From the NCBI GenBank assembly GCA_019751875.1, contig JAIEMV010000001.1:87991-151990 (forward strand): a stretch of DNA of 64,000 nucleotides, in the 5' to 3' direction. The notes under the pieces were generated by a model that saw only the letters and a program-made list of their open reading frames with translations, was not told where the DNA came from and made no database searches. The position numbers and the translations under genes are program-made. How positions within the stretch are numbered: position 1 is the stretch's first letter; every line of letters begins with the position of its first letter. This document shows, one piece after another, positions 8,923 through 18,283 of the stretch. The DNA is from Hyphomicrobium sp. (GTDB lineage Bacteria; Pseudomonadota; Alphaproteobacteria; Rhizobiales; Hyphomicrobiaceae).

Positions 8923-9278
8923 CGATTATGCCTCCAAAGCATAGGTAAACTACCCCGAAGCGACGACCTCGGGGGCCATCAAATCGCGCGTTGGAGACGT
9001 CTAGTGTCAGACTCGGTAGAGCTGTCGCAGAGTAAGCCAAGGCGTGTTCGATAGCGTCTATATGACCCGATGGGGCTGCGAGCGCAAGATCGAAGCCCAT
9101 AGACAACCGCAACAAATGTTCGAGAAGACGTGCTTTTTTCGATTCTAGACCGATACGGCAGACTGTTCATTTCGAACATATCGCGCGTTCTGGTGTCTAT
9201 GAAACCTAAGAGTTTCGGGGCCGAGATTGCCATTTACAGCAGCGTCTTCATAAATCACCTCCATTCGATTTGAGCAGC

Positions 9279-9313
9279 GGGCGATCGAAAGTGGGCGATC
9301 GAAAGTGGGCGAG
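9279..9313. repeat. Tandem 14-nt repeat GGGCGATCGAAAGT, 2.5 copies
   Basis: Identical units at 9279-9292 and 9293-9306, then a partial copy GGGCGAG. Lies in the cspA/rpmI divergent intergenic region. Confidence 0.9.
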
Positions 9314-9388
9314 CGGTCCCGCAACGACGTGTTGTCGTACCTGCAACCGACACCCTGCCTTTATATATTTGGCGTTCGCAGAGCGCTG

Positions 9389-9417
9389 TTGCATCGTGTG
9401 CGGGCTGCCCGTATAAC
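9389..9417 (+). promoter_or_regulatory. Sigma70-like promoter candidate for rpmI-rplT (TTGCAT-N17-TATAAC)
   Basis: -35 TTGCAT at 9389-9394, a 17-nt spacer, and -10 TATAAC at 9412-9417. This would give a GC-rich, hairpin-rich leader of about 135 nt before the rpmI ATG. Confidence 0.4.
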
Positions 9418-9558
9418 GCCGGCCGGAGCCGTCCGGCAGGGCATGCCGTGGCGGCTTTCATGCTTCAACCAACGAGAACGGCAGCGCGCCTCGAGGCTAC
9501 ACCTCGGACCGATCGCTGCCAGCCGGCTTTATGCCGGTACCCAAGAAAGGAAAGCCAA

Positions 9559-9759
9559 ATGCCCAAGATGAAGACCAAGAGTGGTGCCAAGAAGCGTTTT
9601 CGTTTCACGGCGACCGGTAAGGTGAAGGCGGGTGCGGCGGGTAAGCGGCACGGCATGATCAAGCGGACAGCCAAGTTCGTCCAGAAGGCGCGCGGCACGA
9701 TGGTGCTGAACGACTCGGATGCGGGCATCGTCAAGAAGTACATGCCCTACAACCGCTGA
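9559..9759 (+). CDS. rpmI: 50S ribosomal protein L35
   Basis: [37 protein letters not shown], 66 aa. AAGGAAAG SD upstream. Confidence 0.9.
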   Translation: MPKMKTKSGAKKRFRFTATGKVKAGAAGKRHGMIKRTAKFVQKARGTMVLNDSDAGIVKKYMPYNR

Positions 9760-9827
9760 GGATTTCCGAGCCTTCTCATCAGGAAGGCCGCTGAGCCCCT
9801 ACACACCGATCGAAACGGAGCACACCC

Positions 9828-10193
9828 ATGGCACGCGTCAAACGCGGCGTTACCGCCCACGCAAAGCATAAGAAAGTTCTGAAAGCCGCGAAGGGCTATT
9901 ATGGCCGTCGCAAGAACACCATCCGCGTCGCGAAGCAGGCCGTCGAAAAGGCGCTGCAGTACAATTTCCGCGACCGCAAGAACAAGAAGCGCACGTTCCG
10001 CGCTCTGTGGATCCAGCGCATCAATGCTGCTGCCCGCGAGCATGGCCTGACCTACGGCCGCTTCATCGACGGGTTGACGAAGGCCGGTATCGAAGTCGAC
10101 CGTAAGGTGCTAGCCGACATCGCGGTGAAGGATAACGCTGCGTTCAAGGCGCTTGTCGATCAGGCGCAGGCCGCGCTGCCAAAGGCTGCGTGA
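9828..10193 (+). CDS. rplT: 50S ribosomal protein L20
   Basis: [45 protein letters not shown], 121 aa. Confidence 0.95.
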   Translation: MARVKRGVTAHAKHKKVLKAAKGYYGRRKNTIRVAKQAVEKALQYNFRDRKNKKRTFRALWIQRINAAAREHGLTYGRFIDGLTKAGIEVDRKVLADIAVKDNAAFKALVDQAQAALPKAA

Positions 10194-10369
10194 TCTAGTG
10201 CATTGGCCTCAACTTCATTGACACCGGGGGGCTCGTTCCCCCGGGTTACCATAGTCGAAACGTTCGTCGTGCCCTGCGGGGCCGCTTCGCTGTGCTTCCC
10301 GCGCGGCGCCTCGAGCCAGATCCGCGATTGGGACGACAGGCACACCGCCCCTTTCGGAGCTCGTCTGGC

Positions 10370-11443
10370 ATGTCATCTGGCTCAGATCTCGCCTACCTTG
10401 AAGCCGACGTGCTGAAGGAGATCGCCGAAGCGGTCGATCTCGCGGCGCTCGACGCCGTGCGGGTTTCGGCCATCGGCAAGAAGGGGCGCATTTCCGAATT
10501 GATGGCGCAGCTCGGAAAGCTGCCACCGGATGAGCGCAAGACGTTCGGCGCAACTGTTAACGCGCTGAAGACCAAAGTTTCCGATGCGATCGAAACGCGC
10601 AAGGCCACGCTCGAGGCTGCGGCTTTGTCGGAACGGCTGGCAAGCGAGCGTGAGGACGTGACGCTGCCGGTACGCCTCGGTGCGGAAATGCAGGGGCGCA
10701 TTCATCCCGTCAGCCAGGTCCTCGACGAGTGCATCGAGATTTTTGCTGATCTTGGATTCGAAGTCGCCGAAGGTCCGGATATCGAGACCGACGATCTCAA
10801 CTTCACGAAGCTGAACATTCCGGCCGAGCATCCGGCACGGCAGGAGCACGACACGTTCTACTTCAACCCGAAGGCAGACGGGTCGCGGCTGCTTCTGCGC
10901 ACGCACACAAGCCCGGTTCAGATCCGCACGATGCAGACGAAGACGCCGCCGATCCGGATCGTCGCGCCCGGACGCGTCTATCGCTGCGACAGCGACCAGA
11001 CGCATACGCCGATGTTCCACCAGATCGAAGGGCTCGTGATCGACGAGAAGACCCATATGGGACATCTCAAATGGGTGCTTGAAGAATTCGCGAAAGCGTT
11101 TTTCGAGGTCGATACCGTCACGATGCGTTTTCGCGCGTCGCATTTCCCGTTCACGGAACCATCGATGGAAGTGGACATCGACGCCTCCGCGATCGGGAAG
11201 CCCGGCCAGTGGCTGGAAATTCTGGGATGCGGGATGGTGCATCCGAATGTGCTCGCGAACTGCGGGCTCGATCCGGAAAGGTACCAAGGCTTCGCATTCG
11301 GCATGGGGCTCGATCGCATTACGATGTTGAAGTACGGGCTGCCGGATCTGCGCGCGTTCTTCTCGGCGGATTTGCGCTGGCTGCGCCACTATGGATTTTC
11401 GCTGCTCGACCAGCCCACACTCGGCGGCGGGCTTTCGTCGTGA
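10370..11443 (+). CDS. pheS: Phenylalanine--tRNA ligase alpha subunit
   Basis: Class II aaRS motifs ([51 protein letters not shown]). ATG at 10370; the ORF track extends to 10292. Confidence 0.95.
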   Translation: MSSGSDLAYLEADVLKEIAEAVDLAALDAVRVSAIGKKGRISELMAQLGKLPPDERKTFGATVNALKTKVSDAIETRKATLEAAALSERLASEREDVTLPVRLGAEMQGRIHPVSQVLDECIEIFADLGFEVAEGPDIETDDLNFTKLNIPAEHPARQEHDTFYFNPKADGSRLLLRTHTSPVQIRTMQTKTPPIRIVAPGRVYRCDSDQTHTPMFHQIEGLVIDEKTHMGHLKWVLEEFAKAFFEVDTVTMRFRASHFPFTEPSMEVDIDASAIGKPGQWLEILGCGMVHPNVLANCGLDPERYQGFAFGMGLDRITMLKYGLPDLRAFFSADLRWLRHYGFSLLDQPTLGGGLSS

Positions 11444-11460
11444 CGCTCAGGGAGTGACCG

Positions 11461-11784
11461 ATGGCACTCGCCATTCCGCTGATCATCATGACGGTGGCGC
11501 TGCTCGTGGCGTTTGGGCTGGGCTCCGTCATGGGCGCGCGACCACTGGGGCAGCAGCAGATCGTCGGCGCACTGGGTGTCGCGGCGCTGATGCTGCTGCC
11601 GTTGGCATATGACGCTGCGGTTTATGACGGCAATTGCTACGGGCTCGATAGTTCGACGTCGCCGTGCTCACTCGCCGAACGGCTCGGTCAGAGCTTCGTC
11701 TCTGGTTTTGCTTTCACGCTCGCGCCCGCACTTCTGTGGGTGCTCGTCTACATCATGGCGATTAACGCCCAGAAGTCCCGCTGA
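11461..11784 (+). CDS. Small membrane protein of unknown function, wedged between pheS and pheT
   Basis: 107 aa with three hydrophobic segments and a Cys pair (NCYGLDSSTSPC). AGGGAG SD lies 6 nt upstream. Gaps are 17 nt after pheS and 12 nt before pheT. Confidence 0.6.
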   Translation: MALAIPLIIMTVALLVAFGLGSVMGARPLGQQQIVGALGVAALMLLPLAYDAAVYDGNCYGLDSSTSPCSLAERLGQSFVSGFAFTLAPALLWVLVYIMAINAQKSR

Positions 11785-11796
11785 ACGGATCATCCA

Positions 11797-14229
11797 ATGA
11801 AATTCACGCTGTCCTGGCTGAAAGAGCATCTGAAAACGACGGCGACGGTCGAAGAGATCGCGACCAAGCTTTCGGCCATCGGGTTGGAAGTGGAGAGCGT
11901 CGAGGACCCGGGGGCAAAGCTCGGCGCCTTCACGGTGGCGCGGATCGTCGAAGCCAAGAAGCATCCCAATGCCGACAAGCTTCAGGTCGTGCAGGTGGAG
12001 ATCGGCAAGGGGCAGCCGCTGATGGAGGTGGTCTGCGGTGCGCCGAACGCGCGTGTGGGTCTCGTTTCGGTGTTCGCGCCGCTCGGGACGTACATTCCAG
12101 GTTCCAAGATCACGCTGGAAAAGAAGCCGGTCCGCGGAGTCGTTTCGAACGGGATGATGTGTTCGGCGGCCGAACTGGAGCTTTCGGATGAAAGCTCTGG
12201 AATCCTGGAACTGGATGCTGCGCTGGCGGACAAGGTGGGGAGCCGGTACATCGACGTGGCGGGACTTAACGACCCTGTTTTCGAGGTGAAGCTGACGCCG
12301 AACCGGCCGGATTGCACGGGCGTGCGCGGGATTGCGCGCGATCTGGCGGCGGCGGGGCTCGGGACCTTGAAGCATGAGACGCGCATTCACGGCGTGGAGG
12401 GTGCGAAGGAGTGCCCGATCGAGGTGAAGCTGGACTTTCCCAAGGGGGCGGAGAACGCTTGCCCCGTGTTCGCCGCTCGACTTGTGAGTGGCGTGAAGAA
12501 TGGCCCATCGCCGAACTGGCTTCAGAACAGGCTCAAGGCCGTGGGGCTGCGGCCGATCAATGCGCTCGTAGATGCGACGAACTACATCTCCAATGAGCAT
12601 GGCCGTCCGCTGCACGTTTACGATGCCGACAAGCTGAAGGGCGCGATTCGGGCGCGGCTTGGCAAGGCAGGCGAGTCGTTCGTGGGGCTCGACGGCAAGG
12701 AATACGCCGTGGACGAGACCATGTGCGTGATTGCCGATGATGCTGGAGTACTTGGCCTTGGCGGCATCATGGGCGGAGAGGCCTCGGGCTGCACCGAAGA
12801 GACGAAGAACGTGCTGATTGAGAGCGCGTGGTTCGATCCCGTGCGGACGGCAACGACGGGCCGAAAGACCGGTCTCGTGACCGACGCGCGCTATCGTTTC
12901 GAGCGTGGCGTGGATCCGCAGTCCGTCCTGCCGGGGCTCGATCTTGCGACACAGATGATCGAGAAGTTCTGCGGGGGCACGCCCTCGAAGACGAAGGTGG
13001 CTGGCAAAGCACCGGAGACGGCGCGTGTCATTGCGTTCGACACCGACCGGGTGGCGAAGCTGTCCGGCATTGAGATTGAGACTGCGGAGGTGCGTCACAT
13101 TTTGGAGGCACTCGGATGCACGCTCGAAGGCCACGGTCATGACATCACGGTGACGACACCGACATGGCGGCCGGACATTCACGGCGCCGCTGATCTCGTC
13201 GAAGAAGTCGTACGCATCGCTGGCCTCGATCGCATTCCTTCGACGCCCATGGACCGGACGGCGGGCATCGCCAAACCGGTGCTGACGGAGCGCCAGAAGC
13301 GGGCGCGGCGGACGCGACGGACGCTGGCGGCGCGCGGTCTTGTCGAGGCTGTGACGTGGTCGTTCCTGCCGCGATCGATCGCCGCTCACTTCGGTGGTGG
13401 TTCGGATGCGTTGGAACTGGCGAACCCAATCTCGGCTGATTTGTCATCAATGCGGCCGAGCCTGCTGCCAGGGCTCTTGATGGGGGCGGCGCGGAATGCC
13501 AATCGCGGCTTTGCTGATGTGGCGCTGTTCGAACTGGGTCAGGCCTACAAGGGCGATCAACCGGCGGATCAATTGCTGAACGCGGCCGGCGTGCGGGCGG
13601 GAACGGCAAGGGCGACGGGCGCGGGGCGTCACTGGGACGGTGCGACACAGCCGGTGACCGTGTTTGACGCGAAGGCGGATGCCGTGGCCGTGCTGTCCGC
13701 GCTTGGGATCGATGCTTCGAAGGCGCAGATCACGCGTGATGCGCCGGGGTGGTATCACCCCGGGCGGTCGGGCACGTTGCGGCTGGGACCGAAGACAGTT
13801 CTGGCGCACTTCGGTGAACTGCACCCCGCCACCATAAAGGCTCTCGACGTGGAGGGCCCTGCCGTGGCCTTCGAGATTTTCCTAGATGCGGTGCCACCGG
13901 AGAAGAAGAAGTCTCGGGCACGTGGTCCGCTGGCGTCCGTCGATCTTCTGCCCGTGCGGCGCGACTTTGCATTCGTTCTGGATAGAAACGTCGCGGCCGG
14001 CGACGTCGTCAGGGCGGCGGCAGGGGCGGACAAAGCGCTTATTTCACAAGTAACGGTCTTCGACATCTTTGAAGGCGGCGCGCTGGCGGCAGAGGGCAAG
14101 AAGTCTCTCGCCATCGAGGTGACGCTCCAGCCGGTGACGGCCACTCTGACCGAGGCGGAGATCGAGGCGGTCTCACAAAAAGTCATTGCAGACGTCAAAA
14201 AGGCGACGGGTGGCGAGATTCGTGGCTGA
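11797..14229 (+). CDS. pheT: Phenylalanine--tRNA ligase beta subunit
   Basis: 810 aa. MKFTLSWLKEHL N-terminus, tRNA-binding domain (KHPNADKLQVVQVEIG), and B3/4, B5 and FDX-ACB regions. Confidence 0.95.
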   Translation: MKFTLSWLKEHLKTTATVEEIATKLSAIGLEVESVEDPGAKLGAFTVARIVEAKKHPNADKLQVVQVEIGKGQPLMEVVCGAPNARVGLVSVFAPLGTYIPGSKITLEKKPVRGVVSNGMMCSAAELELSDESSGILELDAALADKVGSRYIDVAGLNDPVFEVKLTPNRPDCTGVRGIARDLAAAGLGTLKHETRIHGVEGAKECPIEVKLDFPKGAENACPVFAARLVSGVKNGPSPNWLQNRLKAVGLRPINALVDATNYISNEHGRPLHVYDADKLKGAIRARLGKAGESFVGLDGKEYAVDETMCVIADDAGVLGLGGIMGGEASGCTEETKNVLIESAWFDPVRTATTGRKTGLVTDARYRFERGVDPQSVLPGLDLATQMIEKFCGGTPSKTKVAGKAPETARVIAFDTDRVAKLSGIEIETAEVRHILEALGCTLEGHGHDITVTTPTWRPDIHGAADLVEEVVRIAGLDRIPSTPMDRTAGIAKPVLTERQKRARRTRRTLAARGLVEAVTWSFLPRSIAAHFGGGSDALELANPISADLSSMRPSLLPGLLMGAARNANRGFADVALFELGQAYKGDQPADQLLNAAGVRAGTARATGAGRHWDGATQPVTVFDAKADAVAVLSALGIDASKAQITRDAPGWYHPGRSGTLRLGPKTVLAHFGELHPATIKALDVEGPAVAFEIFLDAVPPEKKKSRARGPLASVDLLPVRRDFAFVLDRNVAAGDVVRAAAGADKALISQVTVFDIFEGGALAAEGKKSLAIEVTLQPVTATLTEAEIEAVSQKVIADVKKATGGEIRG

Positions 14230-14302
14230 GATTGCCACATTGACCCGTGGGAGCGCGGCCACGACATAAGGGACGCTGACATTGCAGCGGGGAGACTGGC
14301 AC

Positions 14303-15646
14303 ATGAATGGAACGCGCACCCTTCTCGTCCCTAAGCCGGAAACGACGCATATCGTCGTGGTGGGCGGCGGCGCAGGCGGGTTGGAACTCGCTACGACGCT
14401 TGGCAATAAGTTGGGAAAAAAGGGCAAGGCGGCGATAACGCTGGTCGATAAGTCGCGCACGCATATCTGGAAGCCGCTTCTCCATGAAATTGCCGCCGGA
14501 AGCATGGACGTCGATCAGCATGAACTCGAGTACATGGCGCAGGGCCACTGGCACGGCTTCAAGTTCCGCTACGGCGAGATGATCGGTCTCAACCGGGCCA
14601 ACAAACAGGTGATCCTGGCGGCAACGTTCGACGAAGAGGGCCGGGAGATCACACCGCAACGAGCCCTCGTTTACGATATTCTGGTCATTGCCATCGGCAG
14701 CGTCTCGAACGACTTCGGCACTCCGGGCGTGAAGGAGCATGCCATCATGCTCGACACACAGGTGCAGGCGGAGAAGTTCAACCGCCGGCTGCTTAATGCA
14801 TGCGTGCGGGCGCAAGCGCAGGAAGGTCCGGTGCGGCCAGGGCAGCTGCACTTTACCATCATCGGCGCAGGCGCCACGGGAACGGAACTCTCGGCGGAAC
14901 TGCATCGCACCGTACGCGGTATTGCGCAGTTCGGGCTTGATAAAATCGAACCCGAAAAAGACATCAAGATTACGCTCATCGAGGCGGCCCCGCGCATCGT
15001 TCCGGCGCTTCCGGAGCGAATCTCCGACGCCACCTCGGACATTCTGCACAAGTTGGGCGTGGACATTCGCACAAATTCGCGGGTGACGCGGGTGCGTGCG
15101 GACGGCGTGGAATTGCAGAGCGGTGACTTCATTCCGTCGGAACTGGTCGTTTGGGCGGCAGGGGTGAAGGGGCCGGCTGTATTGAAGGACCTCGATGGTC
15201 TTGAAGTCAGTCGGATGGACACACTGGTCGTGAAGCCGACACTCCAGACGACGCGGGATGAAAACATCTTTGTGCTTGGAGATTGCGCATATCTCGTGCC
15301 GGAGGGGGACACACAGCCCATTCCGCCGCGCGCTCAGGCCGCCCACCAGATGGCATCGCATGTCTACCGGCAAATCCGCCGCAAGCTCGCCGGGGAGCCG
15401 CTCGAGCCGTTCAAGTATCGCGATTTCGGTTCGCTGGTGTCGCTCGGCGAATACTCGACCGTCGGCAGCTTGATGGGATTTGTGAGCGGCCGAAAAATGA
15501 TGATCGAGGGCTTGTTCGCCAAGCTGATGTACCGCTCCCTCTACAAAATGCATGAGTGGGCGCTGCACGGGTTTTGGAAAGTGACGCTGGACAGCCTGTC
15601 GCGCTTGCTGACGCGGCGGACCGAACCGCACGTGAAGCTGCATTAG
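14303..15646 (+). CDS. ndh: Type II NADH:quinone oxidoreductase (NDH-2)
   Basis: Two dinucleotide folds (HIVVVGGGAGGLELAT and FTIIGAGATGTELSAEL), plus GDCAYL. ATG at 14303 with a GGGGAGA SD. Confidence 0.9.
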   Translation: MNGTRTLLVPKPETTHIVVVGGGAGGLELATTLGNKLGKKGKAAITLVDKSRTHIWKPLLHEIAAGSMDVDQHELEYMAQGHWHGFKFRYGEMIGLNRANKQVILAATFDEEGREITPQRALVYDILVIAIGSVSNDFGTPGVKEHAIMLDTQVQAEKFNRRLLNACVRAQAQEGPVRPGQLHFTIIGAGATGTELSAELHRTVRGIAQFGLDKIEPEKDIKITLIEAAPRIVPALPERISDATSDILHKLGVDIRTNSRVTRVRADGVELQSGDFIPSELVVWAAGVKGPAVLKDLDGLEVSRMDTLVVKPTLQTTRDENIFVLGDCAYLVPEGDTQPIPPRAQAAHQMASHVYRQIRRKLAGEPLEPFKYRDFGSLVSLGEYSTVGSLMGFVSGRKMMIEGLFAKLMYRSLYKMHEWALHGFWKVTLDSLSRLLTRRTEPHVKLH

Positions 15647-15822
15647 GCATTTTTTGCCCGTATGCGTTAGCTCCTGTCGTGCCCGCACACCCGGAGTATG
15701 ACGCGGGGGTGACACATCCGTCCCTGGCGGCGGGCGGGGGGATGTGCTACCTCCCGCCGCAATTGTCGCCGGTCAGACCGGTTCTAACCCGGCCCCGGCC
15801 CCTCCCCAGACAGAGACACATT

Positions 15823-17661
15823 ATGAAGCTCAGAAACATCGCGATCATCGCGCACGTCGACCATGGCAAGACGACACTCGTCGACGAACTCCTGAAACAG
15901 TCGGGTTCTTTTCGCGACAATCAGAAAGTTGCCGAACGCGCGATGGATTCCAACGATCTGGAGCGCGAGCGCGGCATCACCATTCTTGCGAAGTGTACCT
16001 CGGTTATGTGGAAGGACACGCGCATAAACATTGTCGATACGCCCGGTCACGCCGACTTCGGCGGCGAGGTGGAGCGCATCCTGAACATGGTCGATGGCGT
16101 GATCGTACTCGTCGACGCTTCGGAAGGTCCATTGCCGCAGACTAAATTCGTCGTGTCGAAGGCGCTGAAGCGCGGCCTTCGTCCGATCGTGGCCATCAAC
16201 AAGATCGATCGTCCGGATGAGCGGCATCTGGATGTTCTGAACGAAATCTTCGATCTGTTTGCAAACCTGGATGCAACGGACGAGCAGCTCGATTTCCCGG
16301 TGCTCTACGGGTCTGGCCGCAACGGTTGGATGGCGCTTGCTCCGGAAGGGCCGCAGACTGATTTGGCGCCGCTGTTCGACCTCGTGCTCGCGCATGTGCC
16401 GCCGCCGGCTGTCGATGACGGTCCGGTGCGGATGCTGGCGACAACGCTTGAAGCCGATCCGTTCCTCGGGCGCATCCTAACTGGCCGCATTACGTCAGGC
16501 ACCATTAAGCCGAACATGGCGCTGAAAGCGATCCGGCATGACGGGACCCTGGTGGAGACATTCCGGGCGACCAAGGTTCTGGCCTACCGTGGCTTGGAGC
16601 GGGTACCCGTGGATGAGGCGAGCGCTGGTGAGATTGTAGCCGTCGCCGGCATGACGGATGCGACTGTGGCCGACACGTTGTGTGATCCTTCCGTGGATCA
16701 GCCGCTGGCTGCTCAGCCCATCGATCCGCCGACGCTGTCGATGACGTTCCGCATCAACGATGGCCCCTTCGCGGGGCAAGAAGGCAGCAAGGTGCAAAGC
16801 CGCGTGATCCGCGATCGCCTGATGCGCGAAGCGGAGCGTAACATTGCGATCAAGGTGACGGACAGCGACGAGACGGACAGCTTCATCGTCTCGGGCCGCG
16901 GCGAACTTCAACTTGCGATCCTGATCGAGAATATGAGGCGTGAAGGGTTCGAGCTGACCGTTTCGCGACCCAAGGTCGTGATCAAGTCCGATCCGGCAAC
17001 GGGCCAGAAACTCGAGCCCATCGAAGAGACCATCATCGACGTGGACGATGGGTTTACCGGCGTCATTGTACAAAAGCTGTCGGAGCGCAGAGGCGATCTG
17101 ATGGAGATGCGGCCTTCGGGCGGCGGACGCACCCGTATGGTGTTCCTGGTACCGACACGTGGTCTGCTGGGTTATCAATCGGAATTGCTGTCGGACAGCC
17201 GCGGGACCGCGGTCATGAACCGGCTGTTCCACTCCTATGCGCCGTTCAAGGGCGAGATTCAGGGGCGGCGCCAAGGTGTGCTGATTTCAAATGGCACGGG
17301 CGAGGCGACGGCGTACTCGATCTTCCACCTGCAGGACCGCGGGCAGTTCATGATCGGCGCGCAGGCGCGCGTTTACGAGGGCATGATCGTGGGTGAGCAC
17401 TCGCGCGACAACGATCTGATCGTCAACGTGGTTCAAGGCAAGAAGCTCACGAACGTGCGCGCTTCGGGCAAGGACGAGGCACTGACGCTGGTGCCGCCGA
17501 TGAAGCTAACGCTCGAAAAGGCGATGTCGTACATCACCGACGAGGAGCTTGTCGAAATCACGCCTGAGACTATCCGCTTGCGCAAGCGCTGGTTGGATCC
17601 GAACGAGCGCAAGCGGCAGGAGCGCAAGCGTGAGGCGGAACGCGAGGCTGACGTCGCCTAA
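15823..17661 (+). CDS. typA: Translational GTPase TypA/BipA
   Basis: [43 protein letters not shown]. 612 aa. The ORF track has a spurious 89-codon N-terminal extension. Confidence 0.95.
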   Translation: MKLRNIAIIAHVDHGKTTLVDELLKQSGSFRDNQKVAERAMDSNDLERERGITILAKCTSVMWKDTRINIVDTPGHADFGGEVERILNMVDGVIVLVDASEGPLPQTKFVVSKALKRGLRPIVAINKIDRPDERHLDVLNEIFDLFANLDATDEQLDFPVLYGSGRNGWMALAPEGPQTDLAPLFDLVLAHVPPPAVDDGPVRMLATTLEADPFLGRILTGRITSGTIKPNMALKAIRHDGTLVETFRATKVLAYRGLERVPVDEASAGEIVAVAGMTDATVADTLCDPSVDQPLAAQPIDPPTLSMTFRINDGPFAGQEGSKVQSRVIRDRLMREAERNIAIKVTDSDETDSFIVSGRGELQLAILIENMRREGFELTVSRPKVVIKSDPATGQKLEPIEETIIDVDDGFTGVIVQKLSERRGDLMEMRPSGGGRTRMVFLVPTRGLLGYQSELLSDSRGTAVMNRLFHSYAPFKGEIQGRRQGVLISNGTGEATAYSIFHLQDRGQFMIGAQARVYEGMIVGEHSRDNDLIVNVVQGKKLTNVRASGKDEALTLVPPMKLTLEKAMSYITDEELVEITPETIRLRKRWLDPNERKRQERKREAEREADVA

Positions 17662-17884
17662 TACGACCATAGGGATTTTTTCCCGACTTTAAGCGCCTAA
17701 TGTTCCTGATTTTTTTGGGAAGCCTTCCCATTGCTAAACGGGTAGGCGATCGCACATAAGCTTACGGCGGAGAGTCGACTGTGTTCCGTGATCCACGGAA
17801 GGTCGTCTGCCGTTCTTATCGTGACCTGCCGGGTCGTCGTTTCCCCAAACGATCTATCAGCCATTCCAATTCGGAGGAATACTC

Positions 17885-18142
17885 ATGAAGAAGTCGCTCA
17901 TCGCGATGACGGTTCTTGCTTTCTCGTCGGGCATTGCTTTCGCTGACGACAAGCCATCGGCCGACGAGGCCGGCAAGATTGCCGCCACGGCAAAAGCCTG
18001 GGGCTGCTCGGGCGGCGAAGGCGAGAAAGAGTCTGAGGGCTCGGGCGTCTACGAGTTGAACGATGCGAAGTGCGCCGATGGCGCCAATTACGACATCAAG
18101 ATGGACAAGGACTTCAAGGTGATCAGCATTACGGCCGACTGA
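17885..18142 (+). CDS. Small secreted PepSY-like protein
   Basis: Signal peptide MKKSLIAMTVLAFSSGIAFA, then a mature part with two Cys ending YDIKMDKDFKVISITAD, as I recall for small PepSY-domain proteins. GGAGGAA SD upstream. Confidence 0.7.
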   Translation: MKKSLIAMTVLAFSSGIAFADDKPSADEAGKIAATAKAWGCSGGEGEKESEGSGVYELNDAKCADGANYDIKMDKDFKVISITAD

Positions 18143-18166
18143 TCCGATCCTGCATTGAGATTGTTG

Positions 18167-18200
18167 AGAGCGGCTGCCGACGGCAGCCGCTCTTTTCTTT
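18167..18200 (+). terminator. Rho-independent terminator
   Basis: AGAGCGGCTGCC-GACG-GGCAGCCGCTCT followed by TTTCTTTTG. Confidence 0.8.
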
Positions 18201-18283
18201 TGTCTGCTATGGTGTTGCGAAGCCTGGACTTTGCGTCTTGGTTTTGACACCTGTCCGGACGAGCCGGTCGTCCGACTGTTCTG

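Noticed and set aside
9279-9313. The tandem repeat as a CRISPR or minisatellite array.
   Set aside because: There are only 2.5 directly abutting 14-nt copies with no spacers. There are no cas genes in the window.
10203-10415. Possible Phe-rich leader peptide or attenuator for pheST (as with E. coli pheM).
   Set aside because: The 70-codon TTG-initiated frame is not enriched for Phe codons and runs into pheS out of frame. Only a single CCGGGGGG/CCCCCGG hairpin is present.
11668-13389. Very long antisense ORFs. These include 573 aa opposite pheT, 14195-15715 opposite ndh, 21450-22703 opposite ppa/dapB, 10382-11389 opposite pheS, 24270-25289 opposite leuB and 25661-26707.
   Set aside because: Their Arg/Pro/His-rich, low-complexity translations are typical of shadow frames in high-GC DNA. 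Each lies fully opposite a gene with unmistakable conserved motifs.
15556-15822. N-terminal extensions offered by the ORF track (typA from 15556, yggS to 53531, infA to 8855, dapB from 21840, lolA to 47184 and others).
   Set aside because: Alignment to the well-known N-termini of these families, plus the SD positions, supports the downstream starts. The extensions are open frame by chance in GC-rich DNA.
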